Of a stretch of 64,000 nucleotides of DNA, positions 51,103 to 60,415 are shown in pieces. The notes under the pieces were generated by a model. That model was not told where the DNA came from. It made no database searches and worked only from the letters and a program-made list of their open reading frames with translations. A program made the translations under genes and the position numbers. Source of the stretch: Escherichia phage vB_EcoM_Lutter; sequence record NC_054924.1. One strand, given 5' to 3'. Each line of letters starts with the position of its first letter. The stretch's first letter is position 1.

Positions 51103-52005
51103 TTAAGATTTAAGTAAATCAACAATTTTAATTAATTTTTCACGCTCAGATTTAGCTTTACTACTCAATCCAGATAGTCTGAAAATTTCATCGTCATACT
51201 GTTGAATAGAAATATTCAGCTCTTCAATTTGCTTATTAAAATAATCAATTTGCTCAGAATGTTTTTCATTACTGCGAACTGGTACAGGTTTTGTAGGCAA
51301 TTTAGTTAAACTGGATTCATCCGGGCGATAAATTAAAATACAACTTGAACCAATCGGGCATTTAGCACCAGACACATATTCTAATGTTCCGGCTTCTTTT
51401 AAAACTTCAAAAGCTAAACAGAGATGATGCCCCATATTAACATAATCTGTAGAGCGAGCTCTGACGTAATAATCATCGCCGCGAATACTAAATTTAAAGC
51501 ATTTAAGGTCTTCTGTATTATTGGTCTTAAAAATCATTTGTTTATCTAGACCTTTAGCTAATCGAGCGCCTAATGCTAATAATCGTCGTTGATTTTCCCA
51601 CAAATCTGCGATCATTTGGTCAAATGATAATTTCGGCATTAGTCGACCGTAAAGATCATAGCCTTTATTATAATTGCGAAGAATTTCACTTGCATTAATA
51701 CGAGACAATGCTCCAATTTTATTAAGGGCTTTCATAATGCGATTAGATAAACCCATTCCAGACCCGTTTGTTCGCTGCAAATGTTTTTCTAATCCAAATC
51801 CAATATCAACTTTAAATTTATCTAAAATTTCAGCATGAACATCTCTGTCAATAACATTCAAATCCAAAGTTGGGTTAAATCTATGAAAAAATTTATCTGG
51901 CTCTCCACGACGAAGTACAGTCCATTCATTTAATTTTTTATTAGCTAAAGATTTAATTACTGCATTGACATTATTAATTACTACTGACATATTTTCCTCA
52001 CTCAA
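51103..52005 (-). CDS. hypothetical protein with C-terminal coiled coil
   Basis: 300-aa ORF. Confidence 0.5.
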   Translation of the reverse strand: MSEENMSVVINNVNAVIKSLANKKLNEWTVLRRGEPDKFFHRFNPTLDLNVIDRDVHAEILDKFKVDIGFGLEKHLQRTNGSGMGLSNRIMKALNKIGALSRINASEILRNYNKGYDLYGRLMPKLSFDQMIADLWENQRRLLALGARLAKGLDKQMIFKTNNTEDLKCFKFSIRGDDYYVRARSTDYVNMGHHLCLAFEVLKEAGTLEYVSGAKCPIGSSCILIYRPDESSLTKLPTKPVPVRSNEKHSEQIDYFNKQIEELNISIQQYDDEIFRLSGLSSKAKSEREKLIKIVDLLKS

Positions 52006-52412
52006 TTTTCAATTTTAATTTTACTAAATACGCAGAATATGATGGAAAAGACTATATAAGCACCACACACAGATTGAACTAATACCATTCCAAAGAACCA
52101 AACAATATTATCAAACAATGTCTGTTTTACGTCGAAAGGACGTAAACTTACAGTAATATTATCACCTTTTTCTATTGAAGAATACATCTCTGGGGAAATA
52201 TATTCGCTAAATCTATAACCGTCTTTGAGTTCATATACGGCAATAAACGATAAACTAGACCCTTTTCCTTGTGTTCCTGTAATGGTATTAACTACAGTAA
52301 CATCATAATCTTTATAATGCATATAATCATTAATTGCGTAATAACCATATGCAACTACTACACATAAACAACATATCAATAAATTCAATCTTTTAATTAT
52401 CAACTGTTTCAT
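52002..52412 (-). CDS. membrane protein (two TM helices)
   Basis: 136-aa ORF with hydrophobic N- and C-terminal segments. Confidence 0.5.
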   Translation of the reverse strand: MKQLIIKRLNLLICCLCVVVAYGYYAINDYMHYKDYDVTVVNTITGTQGKGSSLSFIAVYELKDGYRFSEYISPEMYSSIEKGDNITVSLRPFDVKQTLFDNIVWFFGMVLVQSVCGAYIVFSIIFCVFSKIKIEN

Positions 52413-52467
52413 AATAATCTCAATTAAAAGGGCTTAGAACCATTATACCATCCTTGGTATAAAGCGG

Positions 52468-52995
52468 TTATGCGAGTACCGTCTTTAACCGTTCTTCAAA
52501 CTTCCGAAGAGTATTCTGGCGTTCAGCTCTTTGCTTTTTGTAAGTTTCAATACGCTCTGAAATGAGAGTGTATCGTTCATTTACTGATTCTTTCATAAAA
52601 TCAGGAATTTCACGAGAAGATTTAATCTCGTCAAATTTATCAATAACAGCTTGCTCTTCAGCAATTAAGTTATCATACATCAAAATATCTTTCTTGATGA
52701 ACTCAATATCTTCTTGAGTTACACGAGATAATTTAGATGCTTTATCCTTTTTGTACTGTTCATTAGTATCACGAGACCAGTGTAATGTACGATTTTTATT
52801 CGTATTTTTGTAAATTTCTACAATACCGATCTCATCAATAATAACGATCCAATTCCAACGAGATTTGTAAATTTGCCCTCCATCAACCGTGATTTCACCT
52901 CCGATTGAGATGTCATTAAAGAACTTGCTTTGTGCTTCAGATTTAAATTTACCATCATTGTAGTTTACCAAGTTGAAAATATCTTTAGCATTCAT
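52468..52995 (-). CDS. hypothetical protein
   Basis: Start placed at ATG 52995 (MNAKDIFN) with GGAGGAA SD; upstream part of the track ORF is promoter sequence. Confidence 0.5.
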   Translation of the reverse strand: MNAKDIFNLVNYNDGKFKSEAQSKFFNDISIGGEITVDGGQIYKSRWNWIVIIDEIGIVEIYKNTNKNRTLHWSRDTNEQYKKDKASKLSRVTQEDIEFIKKDILMYDNLIAEEQAVIDKFDEIKSSREIPDFMKESVNERYTLISERIETYKKQRAERQNTLRKFEERLKTVLA

Positions 52996-53021
52996 TTTCT
53001 GTTCCTCCGTAGTTGATAGTT

Positions 53022-53054
53022 GTATAGTACCACAGAGGAACGGTCTTGTAAACA
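53022..53054 (-). promoter_or_regulatory. T4-type early promoter
   Basis: GTTTAC, 17 nt, GTACTATA. Confidence 0.55.
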
Positions 53055-53055
53055 A

Positions 53056-53370
53056 CTAAAAGAAACTTCTTTCACAATTTTTTCCACTGAACCACGCGCT
53101 CACTGCTTTCTTAGTCTCAGGAGCAGTGTTATCCATAAACCATTCAAAGGCAGCCTTTTTATGATTCTGGAGAGCTTCTCGGGCTTTAATCTGCTCACGG
53201 TCTATTAACACTAACATATGAGCCTTTCTTGTCACCAAGGGCTTCTTATGATTCTTGGAGTATTCCCAGTCATTTGTCCAACGCATTGTCGTTGCGAACT
53301 GATGAACCGCGTCTTTAATTTTAGTTTCGTAAATTTCACGAGCCTTTGAGTATAACATCACTACCTCCAT
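53056..53370 (-). CDS. hypothetical protein
   Basis: 104-aa ORF. Confidence 0.45.
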   Translation of the reverse strand: MEVVMLYSKAREIYETKIKDAVHQFATTMRWTNDWEYSKNHKKPLVTRKAHMLVLIDREQIKAREALQNHKKAAFEWFMDNTAPETKKAVSAWFSGKNCERSFF

Positions 53371-53459
53371 TTACCAGTTTAATTCTAATCATCTTTTTGA
53401 TGGCAGTCCATATAATCTATTTCTGAACTGCCTTTTTGTCATAGAAGTCCTCTTATGAA

Positions 53460-54428
53460 TTATTTCAGAAGAGTAACCTCAGCGATTTCTTGCCAACCGT
53501 TTTTGTCGGTCATAATAAAGTCAGCAAGATAAAGTGCAGTACGCAGTGAAACATTGCGTAAACGGTTAACATTGACTTTCATCCATGATAATGCTTTATA
53601 AGTTTCTTCATCAGAAAGACCGCGCTTTTGCATCATGTCGGTTGAAAGAATAACATCTTCAACCCTGACCATAATTTCTTCATTAGTGTGAACACCCAAA
53701 TCTAAATAAACTGAGCGGGACACTAACGCTTGTAAGTGTGGGGCAAGTTTAGTACCACGGTCTAATTCGCGGTCAATGTCAACGTTTGTGATAAAAACAA
53801 TCGTTCCTTTAAATTCAAACTCACGCTCAATGTCTTTTTCTTCTAAGTAAGAAGATGCAGTGCTCCAGCAGACTTTACGGGTCTCTCCGGTGTCCAGAGC
53901 GGCTTTTAGAAGATTAAGAATGTCCATATCAGAGAAAACATCCACATCATCAATCAAAAGGACAGAATTCTCTTCACGATTATTCCAGAGCTGTTCATAA
54001 AGACCAATACCAGAGATTTTACCGTTAATGCTTTTATATTCAATGTATCCATTATCATTTGCTTTATTCAAAGCTTTATCTAAAGAATACGTTTTACCAA
54101 TACCCGCCGCACCAGAGATAATTAATGAACGAATGTTTCCGTTAATAATACCATTCGTCATCATTCCCATAACATTAAATCTTTTATTAATGCGGGTTTT
54201 CATATCTTCATATGATTCTTTAACTTCTTCAACTTTTACACCATCATATGAAATGTCTGATTTGTAAACCCAAACACCGCGACGTTTACCGTCAATTTCA
54301 ACAAAAACTTTACCATCTCCTTGTGCATCTACCGGAGCATTATCTGGGAACCATTCGCCTAAGAGCTCAAAAGTTCCAGAGATTTCTTTACCGAAGTAGA
54401 TACCCTTATTGATAGTTACAGTTTTCAT
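53460..54428 (-). CDS. P-loop NTPase (AAA+-like ATPase)
   Basis: 322 aa from ATG 54428; Walker A GAAGIGKT and Walker B VLLIDDVD. Confidence 0.6.
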   Translation of the reverse strand: MKTVTINKGIYFGKEISGTFELLGEWFPDNAPVDAQGDGKVFVEIDGKRRGVWVYKSDISYDGVKVEEVKESYEDMKTRINKRFNVMGMMTNGIINGNIRSLIISGAAGIGKTYSLDKALNKANDNGYIEYKSINGKISGIGLYEQLWNNREENSVLLIDDVDVFSDMDILNLLKAALDTGETRKVCWSTASSYLEEKDIEREFEFKGTIVFITNVDIDRELDRGTKLAPHLQALVSRSVYLDLGVHTNEEIMVRVEDVILSTDMMQKRGLSDEETYKALSWMKVNVNRLRNVSLRTALYLADFIMTDKNGWQEIAEVTLLK

Positions 54429-54460
54429 TTTATTCTCCAAATCCGTATCAGTTGATAGTT

Positions 54461-54493
54461 GTATAGTACCACAAAGCTCTATGCTTGTAAACA
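54461..54493 (-). promoter_or_regulatory. T4-type early promoter (second copy of the 85-bp cassette)
   Basis: GTTTAC, 17 nt, GTACTATA; cassette nearly identical to 25988..26075. Confidence 0.55.
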
Positions 54494-54520
54494 ATTTTGT
54501 GAAAAAATTTTAAAATAAAA

Positions 54521-54540
54521 AGGGAGCCCGAAGGCTCCCT
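54521..54540 (-). terminator. UUCG-tetraloop terminator hairpin
   Basis: AGGGAGCC-CGAA-GGCTCCCT inverted repeat immediately after an ORF stop. Confidence 0.5.
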
Positions 54541-54541
54541 A

Positions 54542-55555
54542 TCATTTATAATAACTTCGATGGTTTTCAAGATAGACCTTCTCAAGGAAGTCATCCCAGA
54601 AACTCATGTCTACTTTTTGCTGCATACCGTTCTTAGAAGCTTCAGTAGATGCTGCTTCTACTTGATCGACCACATCTTCCAAAAACTCTTGAACTGTTTT
54701 AAATGGGTGTTTACCCAACTTCACGTCGAGAATAAATGGAGCATCTTGGAGTGGATAAACCAAGTCACCAGTTTTGTAAATTTCCAATAGTTGGAGTCCA
54801 CCACGGCAGGCATGGCTCAGAGCTTTCCAGTCAATGCCTTCATTGGCTTCGGCCTTACGAGCGCGTTCACCGTATTCAGCATCTAATTTGTTCAGTGACT
54901 GCTTAAGCTCAATAAGAGAAAGCGTTGTCTGATATTTACGACCCAACACAGTGTAGAACATTTGTGGGCCTGTTTTCTCATGATTATGGAACACCCATTC
55001 ACAGAATTCGTTTTCTGGAAGACGATGCTTAATATCTTCAACTTTAGTACGACGCTGCTTAATAGAACCATCTTCTTGGTAATCAATCCATTGCTCAGGG
55101 ATTTGATTAACTACTTTCAATACATCACGTAATGCAGCCAAACGAGAACCCTTGACGCCATATTTAGAAGCTTGCTTACGGACATATCCTAAATAGGATT
55201 TCATGTTAGTCGTATAAAAACGAGAACGGTTGTCTTGAATAAACTTCCACACATCAGGCAAATCAGATTTAACCACTAGTTCAGGTGGAGTGTGAAGCAT
55301 ATCCAATGCTACAGTTTCACCATCTGCTGCTAATTTAAAGAAATATTTAAGACTGTATAGTTCATGGTCAATATCATCTTTAGTGTTTTTAGATGATGTA
55401 TTGTTGGTATTTTTACTCATATGCTCTTTAACATTTCCGATAAGAATATCACGAGCAGGAGGAACAAAGATTTCTTTAAAATCTACATCAGATTCTGGGG
55501 TAGAAGTTCCATAAAGATGACTACCAAAATAGCTTTTCATTACTGTTTTCATCAT
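54542..55555 (-). CDS. Pol-beta-superfamily nucleotidyltransferase-like protein
   Basis: 337-aa ORF; N-terminal YFGSHLYGTSTPESDVDF matches the G-S-x9-13-D-x-D nucleotidyltransferase signature. Confidence 0.5.
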   Translation of the reverse strand: MMKTVMKSYFGSHLYGTSTPESDVDFKEIFVPPARDILIGNVKEHMSKNTNNTSSKNTKDDIDHELYSLKYFFKLAADGETVALDMLHTPPELVVKSDLPDVWKFIQDNRSRFYTTNMKSYLGYVRKQASKYGVKGSRLAALRDVLKVVNQIPEQWIDYQEDGSIKQRRTKVEDIKHRLPENEFCEWVFHNHEKTGPQMFYTVLGRKYQTTLSLIELKQSLNKLDAEYGERARKAEANEGIDWKALSHACRGGLQLLEIYKTGDLVYPLQDAPFILDVKLGKHPFKTVQEFLEDVVDQVEAASTEASKNGMQQKVDMSFWDDFLEKVYLENHRSYYK

Positions 55556-56013
55556 TCAGCCTTATATTCAATAACAGGACATACTTTAGCTTTACGAGCC
55601 TTTAAAAATTCGACGATAATCGATTTCTTAGGTTGAATAGGAGGTAAACCTTTATACGCCCTATCAATATTTTCTACGTGTAAAGCATAATCCTTTTTCC
55701 ATTTATAATCTTTATATTTTTCACGCAGTTGTGCAGGAATAACAAATGAACCGATAATAAGTAAAACAAGCAAAATGGCAAGTATAAATGCTGATGGAAT
55801 AAGAGTCCATAAACTACCAAAAATAAGCCAACGTTGTAGGCTTTCTGCACAAATAATTGTTAACCCTACGAGTATAGCACACCCAAAAATAGAAACGAAA
55901 AATGTAGGAATGGCAATAGACCAAAAATATGCGCACAGTGTCTTAGGTCGTTTCCATTCGTCGTTAAACATTTTGAATAATTTATAATGCCAAGAGTTTT
56001 CATTAATAATCAT
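55552..56013 (-). CDS. membrane protein
   Basis: 153-aa ORF with several hydrophobic helices. Confidence 0.5.
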   Translation of the reverse strand: MIINENSWHYKLFKMFNDEWKRPKTLCAYFWSIAIPTFFVSIFGCAILVGLTIICAESLQRWLIFGSLWTLIPSAFILAILLVLLIIGSFVIPAQLREKYKDYKWKKDYALHVENIDRAYKGLPPIQPKKSIIVEFLKARKAKVCPVIEYKAE

Positions 56014-56015
56014 AA

Positions 56016-56537
56016 TTATCCTTTCATTGAAGGTGTAACAGTTGTTAAATACTTAATCATAGCTTCAGCTTCTGATTTTGATAATGAAATTTCTCCATTG
56101 TTTTGACGAATAGAAATAAAATCCGGATGACGGTCACCACCAGCTTTTAAAACACACATATAAGTATCAGTTTCATCTTCAATATTTGAAATGATTGAAG
56201 CAGTTCCACATGAATGTGGTTTTTGATAAATCAATGCAGCTTTTCTTCCGCCATTTGACTGTTCATAAACTTTTAACACATCAAACAAATCGCTTCTTTT
56301 ATCAATAGCTAAGATGTTGTTTTCATCTTCAATATTAAATCCTTCGGATACTTCATAAAGTGTCACCCATAAATCACCAATATCAATAACAGCGTTCACT
56401 TTTCCATGACTTTCAAGAGCATTACAAATTTTCTTAATTTCATCATAACTCATTTTAATAATATCATCTCCTTGAATAAGGAAGATGTCATTTTTAAATT
56501 CAACACGAATTAAACCACTTCCACTTGAAATAAACAT
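56016..56537 (-). CDS. hypothetical protein (tandem paralog A)
   Basis: 173-aa ORF; C-terminus resembles that of the next ORF. Confidence 0.45.
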   Translation of the reverse strand: MFISSGSGLIRVEFKNDIFLIQGDDIIKMSYDEIKKICNALESHGKVNAVIDIGDLWVTLYEVSEGFNIEDENNILAIDKRSDLFDVLKVYEQSNGGRKAALIYQKPHSCGTASIISNIEDETDTYMCVLKAGGDRHPDFISIRQNNGEISLSKSEAEAMIKYLTTVTPSMKG

Positions 56538-56543
56538 ATTTCC

Positions 56544-57101
56544 TCACTTTGAAATCATAGTTGGAATAACAGAATCAAGATAAGTCTTTAGTGCAATAGC
56601 TTCGTCTTTGTTTAATGTAATGATATGTGATCGAAAATCGTCAATTTGACGAATAGATACTACATCTCCCTCTTCATAGCATTTTGACACATTTAAAATA
56701 GTTTCATCATTATGATTACAGGAGTTAGTAATAATAGCATTACATTTTTTAAACCATTTTAAATTATGTTTTCTTTTAGTAGAATCATAAAAATATTTAA
56801 TGTTAGTTATAAAATTATCCCAATTATTAATTGATAAGCACATTGACTCGCTTTTAATATTAAATCCTGGGCATGAAGAATAAAAATGAATTTTATGCTC
56901 ATCATTAATGCTTACAATTTTATCAGTGTAAGCATATTCAATTTGGGTTAAACGAACAATTTCGCTAGGCGTAAAATATAACATGTCATCTTCTTGCGTC
57001 AAACGATACATGTTATTTACTTTTTCTATAGCCAATTCACCAAAAAGTGGACTAACTTCTAATACTAATCGTTTCATATTGATTCTCTTCGACTCGCTCA
57101 C
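56544..57101 (-). CDS. hypothetical protein (tandem paralog B)
   Basis: 185-aa ORF; C-terminus TLNKDEAIALKTYLDSVIPTM versus SLSKSEAEAMIKYLTTVTPSM in the previous ORF. Confidence 0.45.
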   Translation of the reverse strand: MSESKRINMKRLVLEVSPLFGELAIEKVNNMYRLTQEDDMLYFTPSEIVRLTQIEYAYTDKIVSINDEHKIHFYSSCPGFNIKSESMCLSINNWDNFITNIKYFYDSTKRKHNLKWFKKCNAIITNSCNHNDETILNVSKCYEEGDVVSIRQIDDFRSHIITLNKDEAIALKTYLDSVIPTMISK

Positions 57102-57268
57102 AATTACATACTCCTTTGAATAATATCAATAATGTTGTTCACCAAATTATAAGTAAACATTGGGTAATTATATTGAATCATCACATACACAACAAACAAA
57201 ACTTTCATTCTCTTCTCCTTGGCAGTTGACAAGATTACTATACCATAACCTTGCCAACTTGTAAACCA

Positions 57269-57442
57269 TTAAATGACGTTTTCAATAAAATTCTGAAGCT
57301 TTGTGTGAGCATCAACCATGATTTTCATTTCTTCCTTTGCGAAAGCTGTACCTCTTTCCCGAGCAGAATACTCATAGTCAGAAACTGCATTAGCATATTC
57401 TTCAATTAGCTTCATTAAAAACATCTGCTTTTCAGTTTTCAT
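57269..57442 (-). CDS. hypothetical small protein (57 aa)
   Basis: ORF below cutoff. Confidence 0.25.
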   Translation of the reverse strand: MKTEKQMFLMKLIEEYANAVSDYEYSARERGTAFAKEEMKIMVDAHTKLQNFIENVI

Positions 57443-57626
57443 TATTCCACCTAATCATTTCAAGATATTGAACTAACTTAGCTTTAGATTTGTCCAAATC
57501 CTTTTTAGCTGCTTCTATACCATCGTATGAATATCCTTCACAATGCTCAACTGCTAATTGGTATGAATCTATTTCAATATCATGCGCTAATTTAATGATT
57601 TTTTCAAACTGTTCGCGTGTTAGCAT
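57432..57626 (-). CDS. hypothetical protein
   Basis: 64-aa ORF. Confidence 0.4.
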   Translation of the reverse strand: MLTREQFEKIIKLAHDIEIDSYQLAVEHCEGYSYDGIEAAKKDLDKSKAKLVQYLEMIRWNNEN

Positions 57627-57628
57627 AA

Positions 57629-57847
57629 TTAAACTCTCGTATTATGATCGATAATTTCATCAAGAAACATATCTAACGCTTCTAAAGCATTATCAACTTT
57701 AGCTTCAAATTCTTCAATACTTGATAAGGCAAAGTTAATGCGTTCCTCATCTGCTTTACGAATTAAAGCTACCAATTCCTTAATTTTATCCGCTTGTTCG
57801 ATACTAATCATTATTCCACCACATATGAAAGAGAGAATATTGCACAC
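57629..57847 (-). CDS. hypothetical protein
   Basis: 72-aa ORF. Confidence 0.4.
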
Positions 57848-57999
57848 GCCATGTGAGTTGCAACTTCATCACACATATTATAACGTTTCTTAAGAAGTTC
57901 TACAAGTTCTTCACTAGTAACTTCATCCATGTCGACGAAAAAATCACCATTAATGATGACGTAGATATTTCCTTCTTGATTGAGTGCTTCAATTTTCAT
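57811..57999 (-). CDS. hypothetical protein
   Basis: 62 aa from ATG 57999 (MKIEALNQ) with GGAGAA SD; the upstream part of the track ORF is promoter. Confidence 0.4.
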
Positions 58000-58025
58000 G
58001 ATGTTCTCCTCTTTATCCGATAGTT

Positions 58026-58058
58026 GTATAGTACCACAGCTCAAACGGAAAGTAAACC
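58026..58058 (-). promoter_or_regulatory. T4-type early promoter
   Basis: GTTTAC, 17 nt, GTACTATA. Confidence 0.55.
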
Positions 58059-58070
58059 GGTAAAATGAAA

Positions 58071-58092
58071 AAAGTCTCCCGAAGGAGACTAA
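58071..58092 (-). terminator. rho-independent terminator after rI.-1
   Basis: AGTCTCC-CGAA-GGAGACT stem-loop plus U-run; same module as 14742..14763 with compensatory stem changes. Confidence 0.55.
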
Positions 58093-58094
58093 TG

Positions 58095-58481
58095 TTATTC
58101 GAGGGAAAGAAGATACTTACTCTGGTAAAACATTCCAGTAATATCATCTATCGTGCTTTGGATGGCTGGAGGCATTTCTTTATAAATGCTGTTAGATTGG
58201 TCTAGTATGCGATCAATCATTTTAATTGTGTCGGTAGGAAGTTTACTGGCATCTGGAATTGAAGGTGTGTATTTTCTACCAGAATACCCCAAATATTGCT
58301 CACCAAATTTATCAATCAAATCTGGCAACTCGGAAAAAATAAAATCGTATGCTTTGTGTCTAGCATAACTTTTAGTTTCAAAATGTGCAGAATGAAAATA
58401 AGCTTGTGCAGCCATTAATAAACCTAAGTATTCATCTGCCTTTGAAGGTTTTCCACTTTGTGAAAAGTCGCTGAATTTCAT
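58095..58481 (-). CDS. hypothetical protein (rI.-1 position)
   Basis: 128-aa ORF immediately downstream of rI. Confidence 0.45.
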
Positions 58482-58771
58482 TCAGTCTCCAATTTAATGT
58501 TCATAATTCTAGCGTATGATTGTGCCATCTCCGCGCCTCGTTCTATACATTCAAAATCAGAAGAGCACGGGTCATTTTTATAGGTCGTTCTCATAAAACT
58601 ATAGAATTGTTCAGACGATTCTACGCTTTTATTTTCAAAAAGCATATAAACGTGCCTAATACCAGATTCCATAAATTTATCAAAATGAGGATCGACATTC
58701 GCTTCAATCGGTGGAGATAAAGCAAACGCTAATCCTAGCATGGCAAATAGTGCCGTTGCTTTTAAGGCCAT
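58478..58771 (-). CDS. rI: lysis inhibition regulator RI
   Basis: 97-aa ORF with N-terminal signal-anchor (MALKATALFAMLGLAFALS), matching T4 RI. Confidence 0.8.
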   Translation of the reverse strand: MALKATALFAMLGLAFALSPPIEANVDPHFDKFMESGIRHVYMLFENKSVESSEQFYSFMRTTYKNDPCSSDFECIERGAEMAQSYARIMNIKLETE

Positions 58772-58783
58772 AAAGGCCTCCTA

Positions 58784-58996
58784 TCATTTTTGTCCTGTAT
58801 TTACTTTATGCCGATGCACGGCCTTAACTTTATCAAGGTATTTTTCAAAATTTCGCAATCTAGTATAGTCTGCCGGAGATTGGTTGAGTGATACTTCTCG
58901 ACGCAAAGCTGAAATGATATTTCCAACTTCCCTACGAATTTCATCTAATTGAAGAACGGTAAGATTGCGAAGTTGCTTTTCAGTTAATTGTAGCAT
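58784..58996 (-). CDS. hypothetical protein (rI.1 position)
   Basis: 70-aa ORF. Confidence 0.45.
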
Positions 58997-59038
58997 ATAT
59001 ACCCCTTTAGTTAGATAAACCTATTTATAACTTTTGCA

Positions 59039-59620
59039 CTAACCGAGCTTTTTAGTTAATTCATTCCAATGTTTTCTACACAAAGAAACATAAATTTCAT
59101 CACCAATACAGATTTGATTACCTTCTTTAACTGGTGTTCCATCTTCCATTAATCGAGCTGTCATAATAGCTTTTTTACCACAATGACAAACTGCCTTTAG
59201 TTCAATAAGTTTATCTGCAATCGCCAAAAGTTCTTTAGAACCTTCAAATAATTTTCCAGCGAAATCAGTCCTTAGTCCATAAGCCATAACAGGAACATTA
59301 TATGTATCAACAATTCGGCTTAATTGATGCACTTGTTCAGTTTTTAAAAACTGAGCTTCATCTACAAATACACAATGAATATCTTTTTGTGCTTCAGCCC
59401 ATTTATAGAACTCAAAAATATCCATATCATCCGTAATAATATTCGCTTCCTGTTTAATTCCAATGCGAGAAACGACTTCACAGACAGAATCGCGAGTATC
59501 AATAGCAGGCTTAAGAACTAATACACTCATTCCACGTTCTTTATAATTATGCGCAGCAGTCAAAAGAGAAGCAGATTTTCCAGCATTCATTGCTGCATAA
59601 GTAAAAATTAAACTCGCCAT
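59039..59620 (-). CDS. tk: thymidine kinase
   Basis: 193-aa ORF with P-loop (AMNAGKS) and zinc ribbon CHCG...C. Confidence 0.9.
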   Translation of the reverse strand: MASLIFTYAAMNAGKSASLLTAAHNYKERGMSVLVLKPAIDTRDSVCEVVSRIGIKQEANIITDDMDIFEFYKWAEAQKDIHCVFVDEAQFLKTEQVHQLSRIVDTYNVPVMAYGLRTDFAGKLFEGSKELLAIADKLIELKAVCHCGKKAIMTARLMEDGTPVKEGNQICIGDEIYVSLCRKHWNELTKKLG

Positions 59621-59629
59621 ATCACCTTC

Positions 59630-59815
59630 TTAAAGCGTATTCACATAAGCTATTAATTCATTTTCTTTCTTATCAAACCGATCAGCAAATTCTTCCTGCT
59701 GTTCAGGAGATAGCGGGCCGTATTCATCATAAAAGGTGTTTGCTTCTGTATGCTCATCTAGAAGTTCATGGATAAGCTCAAACAATTTATCTTTTTGTTC
59801 TTTGCTTAGGCTCAC
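59630..59815 (-). CDS. hypothetical protein (tk.1 position)
   Basis: 61-aa acidic ORF. Confidence 0.4.
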   Translation of the reverse strand: MSLSKEQKDKLFELIHELLDEHTEANTFYDEYGPLSPEQQEEFADRFDKKENELIAYVNTL

Positions 59816-59984
59816 AGTATGTCAATCCCCAAAAGTTTTAAAATGACTCGTTTCTGATTCATAACTGCTACGATTGAATGACCGTTGGGGTCTTTTTGAC
59901 CTGATCCAATTATAAATCCTTTTTGCGCAGAAAGTTTAATCAAAACATCAAGTTCACGTAATAATTGATATTTTAAATCATCAT

Positions 59985-60212
59985 TCATTTTGGTTTACCT
60001 TCTTTAACGAAATCAGGATAAGGATAAAATCCTGAATAAAATCCTTCACCTTTATGATTGATGCATCCTTTATTAGAACAATAGCACCAATAATCGAAAT
60101 CACAAGTCATTTCATCGTTGCATAAAGCAAAAACAACCGGCCACTTACACTTTTCGCAGTGGGCATTTTTAAGAATACTAGTTTGGCTCATAACCATGTA
60201 ACCTTTAAGCAA
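59985..60212 (-). CDS. Cys-rich small protein
   Basis: 75-aa ORF with many Cys/His. Confidence 0.4.
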   Translation of the reverse strand: MLKGYMVMSQTSILKNAHCEKCKWPVVFALCNDEMTCDFDYWCYCSNKGCINHKGEGFYSGFYPYPDFVKEGKPK

Positions 60213-60415
60213 TATTCTTCTACATGTTGTTTACGACCTTTCTTATCAATAAAGGTATATTCAACGAATGTTCCAATGTAGTCTTTATCTACATCATGTG
60301 GACTATTAATTGGACATTTAGTACGGCAAATGCGTTCCCATTGACGAATAATTACTGCCTTATTCTTTGGGTCATACGGATGTGGATAATGTATATTCAT
60401 AATAACGGTTCCCAA
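60188..60415 (-). CDS. hypothetical protein
   Basis: 75-aa ORF. Confidence 0.4.
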   Translation of the reverse strand: MGTVIMNIHYPHPYDPKNKAVIIRQWERICRTKCPINSPHDVDKDYIGTFVEYTFIDKKGRKQHVEEYCLKVTWL

